NCBI RefSeq assembly: GCF_035440685.1 | Contig: NZ_DAORMW010000011.1 | Strand: one strand, 5' to 3' | DNA: 64,000 nucleotides | Source of the DNA: Accumulibacter sp. | Lineage (GTDB): Bacteria > Pseudomonadota > Gammaproteobacteria > Burkholderiales > Rhodocyclaceae | Shown: positions 20,120 through 29,000 of the stretch, in pieces | How positions within the stretch are numbered: position 1 is the stretch's first letter | Layout of the letters: each line of letters starts with the position of its first letter | Notes under the pieces: generated by a model | The model's input: only the letters and a program-made list of their open reading frames with translations | Told to the model about the DNA's origin: nothing | Databases searched by the model: none | Made by a program: the position numbers and the translations under genes

Positions 20120-21970
20120 TTAGCCGAGGCGGGCCAGCAAGCCGAGGAATTCGTCGGCGCTCATGAAGCCGACGACGCGTACGCCGTCGATCTCCTGGCC
20201 CTGGCCGTCAAAGAAGATGATTCCTGGCGGGCCATAGAGATTGAAGGCTTGCAGAAGTTCCTTGTCTTCGTCCGAGTTGGCGGTGACGTCGGCTTGCAGC
20301 AGCGTCCAGCCGGCCAGCTGGGCACGCACGCGCGCATCGGAAAAGGTGAAACGTTCCATCTCCTTGCAGGACACGCACCAGTCGGCGTAGAAGTCGAGCA
20401 TCACCGGCTGGCCAGCGCTCTTGATGCGGCTTTTGAGTTCGGCCAGTGTCCTGACGCGGGTGAAGGGCAATGGCCGGACTTCGACTTCTGCCGCGCTGCT
20501 GCGCAGCACCGACAGCGGCTGCAGTGGGTCGCGCGAGCCGGCCAGCGCACCGAGCAGCATGGCCGCGCCGCCGATGAGCATGAAAATCCCGATGCCTTTC
20601 CAGAAGCGCTGCCAGCCCTTGGCGTGCGGCGGCAGCGGATCGAGCGCGTGCAGGTAGATCGCCGGGATGATCAGCAGCAAGGCCCAGGCAATCATTTGCG
20701 CGACGACCGGGATGACCGGCGCAAGCAGCCACACGGCAGTGGCCAGCAGGAGCACGCCAAAGGACTTCTTGACCGCCTCCATCCATGGGCCCGAGCGTGG
20801 CAGCAGGGTGCCGGCCGAGAGCCCGACGGCGAGCAGCGGGGCACCCATGCCGAGCCCCATGGCGAACAGCGCTGCCCCGCCGAGGACGGCGTCGCCGCTG
20901 CGTCCGATGTAGAGCAGGGCGCCGGCCAGCGGCGCGGCGACGCAGGGGCCGACAATGATCGCCGAGAGCACGCCCATCGCCGCCACCCCGGGCAGCGAGC
21001 CGCCGCGCAGGTGGCTGGCTTCCTCCGAGACCTTGCTTTGCAGGAAAGTCGGCATCTGCAGTTCGTAGAAACCGAACATCGATAAGGACAGGGCGACGAA
21101 GATCAGGGCGAAGGCGCCGAGGACCCAGGCATTCTGCAGGGCGGCGGTGAGCAGCGTGCCGGTCAGTCCGGCAGCGACGCCGGCCGCGGCGTAGGTGATG
21201 GCCATGCCGAGGACGTAGGCCAGGGACAGCGAGAAGCCGCGTGCGTGCGAAACGCCGTGACCCTCGCGGCCGGAGCCGACGATGATGCTCGAGAGGATCG
21301 GAATCATCGGAAAGCAGCATGGCGTCAAGGACAGCAACAGCCCGAAGCCGAAGAAGCTGGCGACCAGCAACCAGAAGCTGGCGTTCTTGAACAGCTGGGC
21401 GATACGTCCGGATTCGTCATTGCTGAAGTCCTGGCTCGGCGTGGCGGCGACAGCGGCTGGCGTCGTCGCCGGATCCGGCAATTCAAGGCGCAGCGTCTGC
21501 CTTTGCGGCGGATAGCAGATGCCGGCGTCGGCGCAACCCTGGGAGGTCACTTTCAGGGTCAGCGGCAGCGGCCCGGAGCTGTTGCGTTCGACCGGAATAC
21601 GGATCAGCGCCTGCTGGTAATAGACTTCGACGTTGCCGAAATTGGGATCCTCCTTGACCTTGCCCGGTGGCAGGATTGGCGTGCCGAGTTGCACGCTTTC
21701 CGGTTCGGCGGCGAAGCGGAATTTGTCGCGGTAGAGGTAATAGCCCTTGGCGATCTCGAAGCGCACTTGGATGGTCTGTCCGTCGATGGCCTGTGCAGTC
21801 GGCTTGAAGGCGATGGCCGGATCGAGGAATTCCTCGGCCCGTGCGCCCCAGGGGAACAGCATCAGCAGCGAAAGCAGCAGTGGCAGTAGCCATGAATGGT
21901 GGAAGAAGCGCCGCGAGGGGCGCTGGCAAGAGAACGGCCGGGTCATTGCGCTAGAGGTCTTCAGGGTCAT
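20120..21970 (-). CDS. dsbD: thiol:disulfide interchange protein DsbD
   Basis: Periplasmic N-domain, central multi-TM domain, C-terminal thioredoxin motif FYADWCVSCKEME. Alternative ATG at 21946. Confidence 0.9.
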   Translation of the reverse strand: MTLKTSSAMTRPFSCQRPSRRFFHHSWLLPLLLSLLMLFPWGARAEEFLDPAIAFKPTAQAIDGQTIQVRFEIAKGYYLYRDKFRFAAEPESVQLGTPILPPGKVKEDPNFGNVEVYYQQALIRIPVERNSSGPLPLTLKVTSQGCADAGICYPPQRQTLRLELPDPATTPAAVAATPSQDFSNDESGRIAQLFKNASFWLLVASFFGFGLLLSLTPCCFPMIPILSSIIVGSGREGHGVSHARGFSLSLAYVLGMAITYAAAGVAAGLTGTLLTAALQNAWVLGAFALIFVALSLSMFGFYELQMPTFLQSKVSEEASHLRGGSLPGVAAMGVLSAIIVGPCVAAPLAGALLYIGRSGDAVLGGAALFAMGLGMGAPLLAVGLSAGTLLPRSGPWMEAVKKSFGVLLLATAVWLLAPVIPVVAQMIAWALLLIIPAIYLHALDPLPPHAKGWQRFWKGIGIFMLIGGAAMLLGALAGSRDPLQPLSVLRSSAAEVEVRPLPFTRVRTLAELKSRIKSAGQPVMLDFYADWCVSCKEMERFTFSDARVRAQLAGWTLLQADVTANSDEDKELLQAFNLYGPPGIIFFDGQGQEIDGVRVVGFMSADEFLGLLARLG

Positions 21971-22298
21971 CGGGGTGGCGCGTTTCAGCGGCTACCCAGG
22001 CGAGATAGCCGGGTAGGCCGGCGGTCACCGGCAGGGCAATGATTTCCGGTAGCTCATAGGGATGGCGTGCGCGGATTGCTGCTTCGAGCGCCGCGTAGCA
22101 TTCGCTGCGGGTCTTGATCAGTAGCGGGACTTCGCTGGCAGTTTCGAGTGCGCCCTGCCAGCGGTAGATCGAGTGGCAAGGTGCCAGCACATTGATGCAG
22201 GCCGCCAGACGCGCCTCGACCAGTTCGCTGGCCAGCGCTTCGGCAGACGGTCGATCGGGGAGGTTGGTCAGGACGAGCAGGGTGGCCACAGGGCGCAT
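21951..22298 (-). CDS. cutA: divalent-cation tolerance protein CutA
   Basis: 115 aa, AACINVLAPCHSIYRWQG...PYELPEII; classic cutA-dsbD adjacency. Confidence 0.9.
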   Translation of the reverse strand: MRPVATLLVLTNLPDRPSAEALASELVEARLAACINVLAPCHSIYRWQGALETASEVPLLIKTRSECYAALEAAIRARHPYELPEIIALPVTAGLPGYLAWVAAETRHPDDPEDL

Positions 22299-22422
22299 TG
22301 TACTCCTCTACGCCTCTACACCTCGCTCCGTGCGTCTCCGCAGCGCGCTGCGGAGGCGCGCGTGGCGGTTGGCGGAGGCTACTACTGCACGCCCCGTCGG
22401 CTCGGAGTGGCCTTGTCAGCGC

Positions 22423-23061
22423 TCAGTGCCGCCAGGCGCGGCTGACGATTTCGCGAATGACATGCAGGCGGCGGTGGAAGAAGTGATCGGCACCGGGGAC
22501 GACGATCACCGGCAACTCCAGCGGCTTGGCCCATTCGATGACGTTGGCCAGTGGCACGGTGGTGTCTTCGGAGCCGTGGATGACGATGGTGTCGCCGGGG
22601 ACGGCCTTGGTGTGGTATTGGCGCGCGCCCTCTACGAAGCCCGAGGCCGTGCCAACCAGTACCAGGCGCTGTGCCGGATGACCGGCTTCGAGCAAGGCCT
22701 CGGCGACGCGCGTCTGCACGTAGGCGCCGAAGGAGAAGCCGGCCAGTGCCACCGGCAGATTGCCGTAGCGGCACTTGGCTTCGGCGAGCACCGCCAGCAG
22801 GTCTTCGGTTTCGCCGCGGCCGTCGTCGTGTGTGCCCTCGGTCTGCCCGATGCCGCGAAAGTTGGGGCGCAGCGCGACGTAGTCGAGATGGTTGAAGGTA
22901 CGGGCCAGGGTCTGTACCACCTTGTTGGTATTGCCGCCGCCGAACAAGGGGTGGGGGTGGCCGATCATGGCGATGCCACGCGGCGCGCCGGGGTTTTCGA
23001 CGGTGATCTCGATCTTGCCGACCGGTCCGTCGATCAGCAGGTGTTCGGGCTGTATCTTCAT
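22423..23061 (-). CDS. alpha/beta hydrolase (COG2945-like)
   Basis: ATG at 23061. GHPHPLFGG, nucleophile elbow AGFSFGA, C-terminal ADHFF. Confidence 0.8.
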   Translation of the reverse strand: MKIQPEHLLIDGPVGKIEITVENPGAPRGIAMIGHPHPLFGGGNTNKVVQTLARTFNHLDYVALRPNFRGIGQTEGTHDDGRGETEDLLAVLAEAKCRYGNLPVALAGFSFGAYVQTRVAEALLEAGHPAQRLVLVGTASGFVEGARQYHTKAVPGDTIVIHGSEDTTVPLANVIEWAKPLELPVIVVPGADHFFHRRLHVIREIVSRAWRH

Positions 23062-23089
23062 GGCCTGGGTTTCCCTTCGCTGCCGTGTT

Positions 23090-23398
23090 TCAGATGCGTA
23101 GCCGATCGACGACCCGCCCATTCACCAGGTGTTCCTGGATGATTTCCTCGATGTCTTCGTTGTCGACGTAGCTGTACCAGACATCCTCCGGATAGACCAC
23201 CAGCACCGGCCCGTTGTCGCAACGGTCGAGGCAGCCGGCGCGGTTGATGCGCACCTTGCCCGCTCCCTTCATCTTCAGTTCGCCGATGCGATCCTTGGCG
23301 TAGGTCTGGGCGGCAGTTGCGCCGACGTTGTTGCAGCAGGTCTCACCCTCGCCGCGCTGGTTGCAGCAGAAAAAGACGTGATGCTTGAAGTAACTCAT
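23090..23398 (-). CDS. thioredoxin-like [2Fe-2S] ferredoxin
   Basis: HVFFCCNQR...CCNN...GCLDRCDNGPVLVVYPE pattern. Confidence 0.85.
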   Translation of the reverse strand: MSYFKHHVFFCCNQRGEGETCCNNVGATAAQTYAKDRIGELKMKGAGKVRINRAGCLDRCDNGPVLVVYPEDVWYSYVDNEDIEEIIQEHLVNGRVVDRLRI

Positions 23399-23606
23399 GC
23401 GAGCGGGCTCCTGACGGCTGTTGGCTGATTGCGGCGGTCGATTCTAACCCCGATTCGCCTGCCGCAAGCGTACCGCCGAGCGATGGCCTTGGGTCGAAGA
23501 CGGGAGGAGCGGTCTTCGATCGCGTAAAATTCGCCTGCTGTCGTGGTGTCGGCTGGTATGCCCTCTGTCTCGGCAGCTATCCGAGGTTGCCGGAACTGTC
23601 CACTTG

Positions 23607-24722
23607 ATGACTACCTGTGAAGATCCCTTTGCCGTCCTCGGCGTCAGCCCGGAGGCTTCTGCGGCCGACGTCAAGCGCGCCTATCGCCGGCTGGCCATGC
23701 ACTGGCATCCGGATCGGAACCCGGCAGCGGTGGCCGAGGCCGAGTTCAAGCGTGTAAACGCGGCCTACGAGCTGTTTCTCGATCCGCAGCGGCTGGCCGA
23801 GTGGCGACAGGCGCAGGCTGCCAGCGGACGCAGTCGCAGCGAAAGCAAAGCCAGCGCCAGCAATGCGCGCGCGAGCAGCGGCGAGGCAAGCCGTTCTGGC
23901 GCCGGCAAGGCTGCTGGCAAGCAGCGTGCCGGCAAAGACGTCACCGAGTCCTTGACCCTGAGCCTCGAGGAGGCGGCCCTTGGCTGCCGGAAAACGGTTG
24001 TCCTGACGCACGGTCTGCACTGTGGCGCCTGTCGCGGCAGTGGCCGCGTGCAACACCGCAATTCGGTGCCCTGCAAGCGCTGCAGCGGTTGCGGTAGGGT
24101 CAGCCGAGGCGGCGGCGGGACCAGCGTCTGCGAAGGTTGCGCCGGACGTGGCTTCCTGCGCGAAACCGAGTGTCCCCCTTGCAGCGGCAGTGGCTGGTTG
24201 CAGCAGGCACGGACGCTGTCGGTGGCCGTGCCACCCGGCCTGTTCGCCGGTGAGCGCCTGCGCCTGGCCGGCCAGGCGCCGCTGCCCGCGGGCAGTGGCG
24301 CGGCAGGAGGTGACGAAGCGGGCAAGGCCGGCGATCTTTACTTCGAGATCCTGCTGGCAGAGCATCCGCTGTTTGTCCTGCACGGGCGCGACCTGCATTG
24401 CCGGGTACCGGTGAGCGCCTATCGCCTGCTTTGCGGCGGGCCGATCGAAGTGCCGAAGCTGGCGGGGACGACAACGCTGGAACTGTCCACGGACGCGCAG
24501 CACCCCTTGGAGTATCGTCTGCCCGGGCTGGGCTTTCCGGCAAAGGGACGACGTGCAGCCGGCGACCTGGTGTTGCAGTTGGAGCGCATTCATCCGCAGA
24601 GCATCACCGCCAAAGACAGGCAGCTGCTCGAGCGCCTGGCGGGCGAACTCGAACGCCGGACGCCGCAACTTGCGGCCTGGGAAGCGCAGCTGCGGGCGCG
24701 CCGCGAGTCGGCGCGCGCCTGA
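23607..24722 (+). CDS. DnaJ-family J-domain protein with four CxxCxGxG zinc-finger repeats
   Basis: DPFAVLGVSPEASAADVKRAYRRLAMHWHPDRN. CGACRGSG, CKRCSGCG, CEGCAGRG, CPPCSGSG. Track start 23604 is TTG; ATG at 23607. Confidence 0.85.
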   Translation: MTTCEDPFAVLGVSPEASAADVKRAYRRLAMHWHPDRNPAAVAEAEFKRVNAAYELFLDPQRLAEWRQAQAASGRSRSESKASASNARASSGEASRSGAGKAAGKQRAGKDVTESLTLSLEEAALGCRKTVVLTHGLHCGACRGSGRVQHRNSVPCKRCSGCGRVSRGGGGTSVCEGCAGRGFLRETECPPCSGSGWLQQARTLSVAVPPGLFAGERLRLAGQAPLPAGSGAAGGDEAGKAGDLYFEILLAEHPLFVLHGRDLHCRVPVSAYRLLCGGPIEVPKLAGTTTLELSTDAQHPLEYRLPGLGFPAKGRRAAGDLVLQLERIHPQSITAKDRQLLERLAGELERRTPQLAAWEAQLRARRESARA

Positions 24723-24737
24723 GGGCGACAGGCTTAC

Positions 24738-24800
24738 CGTGAAAGTCGCGCGTGCTCCCTGCCCGTCGAACGATTCCGGCGTGCAAGCCGGAATGCGCGC
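24738..24800. repeat. dispersed hairpin repeat, copy A
   Basis: CGTGAAAGTCGCG...CTCCCTGCCCGTCGAACGATTCCGGCGTGCAAGCCGGAATGCGCGC. The 46-nt right arm differs at one base from 44397-44442. Internal hairpin TCCGGC-GTGCAA-GCCGGA. Confidence 0.75.
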
Positions 24801-24824
24801 ATCGCTGCGGGTTCGCGAATCGCC

Positions 24825-25931
24825 CTACAGGCGTCGACCGAGGGCGGTCAGATAGGGCAGGGCGAGGAAAGGCCAGAGGCTGGCGATCCAGCGGGTGAGA
24901 CCGTTGAAATTGAGGAAGTGACCTTGCCGCCAGGTGGCCAGCGCCGCTTCCGAATAGGGGTTGGGTGGCGTCAGATTGACCAGCGCCGTTCCGGCCATCA
25001 AGGCGACGCCGGCGAAGCCGATGCGCAAGGCCGCCGGCAGCATCAGCAGCAGTGAGAGCAGCACGCCGCCGATCAGCAGGCCGAGCCGGGCTCCCGGGGT
25101 CAGCCAGACCAGGGCGTCGTGCGGCGCGACCAGCACCGCCGCGGCCAGCGTCCTGATCGCCAGCGCCAGTGCGAAAAAGGCGAGCAGCACCAGGTGTGGC
25201 GCGTTCTGCTCGGCAAGCAGGGTGCGCGCGAACAGTCCGATGACAATCGTATTGCAGACGATGACCCCGGTTTCGAGCATGAAGAAGGCGGGCGCGGCAT
25301 AGGGTACGGCCGGCGTCAGCCCAAGCACCTGGCGCAGGTCGCCGACGCCAAAGAGCAGCGTTTCGGGTGAGAGCTGGGTCAGCAGCCACATGCCGATCAG
25401 TACCAGCCCGAGTTCGGCGTGCGGGATCGGCGCCAGCAGCTTCTGCTGCAGCTGTGTGATGTGCCGAAAGATGGCCTTGCCCTTCCAGACCGCGATCACC
25501 GCACCGATGGCGCTTCCGGCGCTGTTGCACGCCAGGTCGAGATTCGAGGGCACGCGCGTCGGTAGCCAGTTCTGCAGACATTCGACGGTGAAGCTGAGCA
25601 AGGCGCCGATGCACAGCGCGGCGAGCGCCGCCGGCCAGCGGCCGGGCAGCCGGCGCAGGCTCAGCGCCAGCAGGAAGCCAAGCGGCACATAGGCCATGAC
25701 ATTGACCGCCAGGTCGAATCCCGTCCAGTAACGCGGCCAGGCGGCGCCGAGAAAGGCCAGCGGCGAGAGGCCCAGGTCGCGCCAGTTGGCGAAGGGGTAG
25801 AGGCTGGCGTAGCTGATCAGCACCAGGTAGGCGAGGGCCAGGTACACGGGCAGGCGCGTCGGTCGCGGCAGCGGCTGCTGCGCAGGCGTTTCCTCGGTTG
25901 GGGCAATGATCGGCGGCTGGGCTTGTTCCAT
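24825..25931 (-). CDS. VanZ-like family membrane protein
   Basis: ATG at 25931. VanZ-type core NVMAYVPLGFLL...ECLQNWLPTRVPSNLDLACNSAGSAIG followed by further TM helices. Confidence 0.7.
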   Translation of the reverse strand: MEQAQPPIIAPTEETPAQQPLPRPTRLPVYLALAYLVLISYASLYPFANWRDLGLSPLAFLGAAWPRYWTGFDLAVNVMAYVPLGFLLALSLRRLPGRWPAALAALCIGALLSFTVECLQNWLPTRVPSNLDLACNSAGSAIGAVIAVWKGKAIFRHITQLQQKLLAPIPHAELGLVLIGMWLLTQLSPETLLFGVGDLRQVLGLTPAVPYAAPAFFMLETGVIVCNTIVIGLFARTLLAEQNAPHLVLLAFFALALAIRTLAAAVLVAPHDALVWLTPGARLGLLIGGVLLSLLLMLPAALRIGFAGVALMAGTALVNLTPPNPYSEAALATWRQGHFLNFNGLTRWIASLWPFLALPYLTALGRRL

Positions 25932-26077
25932 GCGGATGGTGTGCCGAGCGTTATGAAGCCGCCATTCTAGCGCCTGCGAGCGTTGGCGCGGCCGCAGCAG
26001 GCGGCTCGCTAGCCCCAAGGTACGCACCCGTGCCGCGCGGCAGGCGCTCGTTTCGGCCGGGGTGCTCGGGTGGCCAA

Positions 26078-29000
26078 TCAGTTCTTGCCCGGCTGCGCGT
26101 CGGGTATGCTGAAGTGCTTTCTTTCCTTTTCGTCGAGCTCGCGCCCGACGCGCCCGAGTACTTCGGTGGCGGTCTCTTCGATCGGGCGGCACGAGTCGCA
26201 GTGCCACCGTTGCACCGTCCCTTTCCTGCTGGTGGTGAGCACGCTGTTGCCGTCGGCAGAGAACTGCGCGCTCAGGAGCGCTCCGTCATCGCCGCGCAGG
26301 ACTTCCAACTGACGGCCGCTGGCCACATCCCACAGTCGCGCGGTCCCGTCCTCGCTGGCGGTGACCGCGGTCTTGGCATCGGGAGAGAACTGCGCACTCA
26401 CGACCCACTGCTCATGGCCGCGCAGCACATGCAGCTCCCGGCCGCTGACCACATCCCACAATCGCGCGGTCTTGTCGTCGCTGGCGGTGATGACCCTGAG
26501 CGGGGGCTTGCCATCGGGAGAGAACTGCGCGTTTTCGACCCAATCATCATGGCCCTGCAGGACGTCCCACAATTTGCCGTCTTCAACCGTCCACACTCGC
26601 GCGGTGCCGTCCTGGCTAGTGGTGATCACGTAATTGCCATTGGGGGAGAACCGTGCGCTCTGAACCGGGCCCGTGTGCTCGTTCAAGGTGTGCAACAGTT
26701 TGCCGGTGTTCCCCTCCCACAGGCGGGCGGTCTCGTCGTCCTTGCTGGTGGTGATCACGAACCTGCCATCGGGGGAGAACTGTGCGCTCTGAACCGGGCC
26801 CGGGTGGCCTTTCAGGGTGTGCAACAGTTCGCCACTGTCCACGTTCCACAGGTGCGCGGTATTGTCGTCGTCGCTGGTGGCGGTAATCACGAACTTGCCA
26901 TCGCAGGAGAACTGTGCGCTCAGAACCGGGCCCGCGTGGTCTTTCAGAGTGTGCAACAGCTCGCCGGTGTTCACCTCCCACACTCGCGCGGTGCCGTCCT
27001 TGCTAGTGGTGATCACGGACTTGCCATCGCAGGAGAACTGTGCGCTCAGAACCGGGCCCGGGTGGTCTTTCAGGGTGTGCATCAGTTCGCCGGTGTTCAC
27101 CTCCCACAGGCGGGCCGTCTCGTCGTCCTTGCTGGTGGTGATCGCGGTCTTGCCATCGGGAGAGAGCAGGGTAGTCCCGACCAAGCCTCCAGGAGGCTGG
27201 CGCAGCACTACCGGCTCGTGGTTGCCGTCCAGCATCCACAGTCGCGCCGTTTTGTCGTTGCTGGCGGTAAGTATGGTCGTGCCGTCGACAGAGAATTGCG
27301 CGCTTCGGACCCAACTCCCATGGCCGCGCAGGATGTGCAACAGTTCGCCGGTGTTCACCTTCCACAGTCGCACGGTCCTGTCGTCGCTAGCGGTGAGCAC
27401 GGTTTTGCCGTCGGGGGAAAACTGCGCGTCCAGGACAGAACCCTCATGGCCTTGCAGGATGTGCAACAGTTCGCCGCTGTTCACGTCCCACAGTCGCACG
27501 GTCTTGTCGTCGCTAGCGGTGAGCACGGTCTTGCGGTCGGGAGAGAATTGCGCGCTCAGGACCCAATCCTGATGGCCTTTCAGTTCGTGCCGTAGATGAC
27601 CGCTGTCGACGTTCCACAGTCGTGCGGTCTGGTCCTTGCTGGTGGTGATTGCGGTCTTGCCATCGGGAGAGATCTGCGCGCTCAGAACCGAGCGCTTATG
27701 CCCTTGCAGCGTGTGCAATAGTTGACCGTTGTCCACGTTCCAGAGTCGTGCGGTATCGTTCTTGTTGATGGTGATTGCGGTCTTGCCATCGGGGGAGAAG
27801 TGTGCGCTCAGAACCGGGCTTTCATGGCCGCGCAGTACGTGCGACGGGTTGCCGCTGTCCACCTCCCAAAGTCGGGCGGTGTTGTCGTCGCTGGCGGTGA
27901 TCGCGGTCTTGCCATCGGGAGAGAACCGAGCGCTTCGGACGGGTGCCGTATGGCCTGTCAACACGTGCAACGGTTGGCTGCTGGCCACGTTCCACAGTCG
28001 CGCAGTTTTGTCGTCGCTGGCGGTGATCGCGGTCTTGCCATCGGGAGAAAACCGAGCGCTACGGATGGGCGCCGTATGGCCTTTCAGCTCGTGCAACTTT
28101 TGGCCGCCGGCCACGCTCCACAGTCGCGCGGTGTCGTCGTTGCCGGCGGTAATCGCGGTCTTGCCATCGGGCGAGAACTGCGCGTTCCACACGTGGCCCT
28201 TATGGCCGCGCAGGACATGCGAGTACGCATAGTCGGCGTTCGCCGATCTGAGGATCCCGTCGGCCTTGGCGTTGGCCTCGGGCTTGTCGAGCTGGTGCAC
28301 TGCCAGCGCCAGCCGCAGGCTCTGGTCGGGATTGTACCTGCCGAGTTCTTCGGCCTTGATCGCCAGCTCACTGACGCGATTCTCAAGGGCCCGCTTTTGG
28401 GCTTCTTCTTTTGCGGCGATGGCCTGGATTTTCGACTGTTTGGCGTGGTAGCTTGCGTAGTTTGCGTCGTTTTTCGACTGCTCGGCTTCTTCTTTTGCGG
28501 CGTTTGCCTGCCATCCCAACCAGGCTGCGATCAGAGCCGCGACCACCGCGATTGCGCAACCGCCGATGGCGATATGGCTGCGCCGGGAAATGCGCTGCGC
28601 ATAGTCTTCCGCCTGTTGGCGGTCCTTCACTGCGCGCGCGCGTTCCCCTTCAGCGCGCTCCGCAGCCGCGTGCTGCAATTCGGCCTCCGCCTCAAGCCTC
28701 GCCGTGCGTGCCTCCTCGGCCTGGCGCTGCAGGGCCTGCGCGCGCTCGGCTGCTTTTATGTGCCATTCCAGGCTGCCCTGGATGTAGGCGTCGACCAGCG
28801 CGTAGGCGCCAGGCCCTTCGTAACGTGTGGCCCAGGTCTCGGGATGGGCGCGGCTTTGTACCCGCGTACGCCAGCGCTCCGCGCGCCGGCGGTCGTTGTC
28901 GTCCAGCAGGTCGCCGCCTTCCTTCTCCCAGCGGGTCGCACGCCGCTGCCACTCGCGGAGTTCGCTGACGTCGAGGTCCTCTTCGTCGAGCCAGTCGCGG

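Noticed and set aside
26030-27595. 521-aa plus-strand ORF with its own internal repeats (…LAIGRELRAQ…)
   Set aside because: It is the antisense mirror of the WD40 repeat array. The repetitive GC-rich codons keep the opposite strand open. It has no RBS, and the sense strand has unmistakable WD40 motifs.
26200-28225. CRISPR-like periodicity
   Set aside because: The period is ~126 bp, the units are in-frame coding WD40 blades, and there is no repeat/spacer alternation or cas genes. No CRISPR array is present anywhere in the window.
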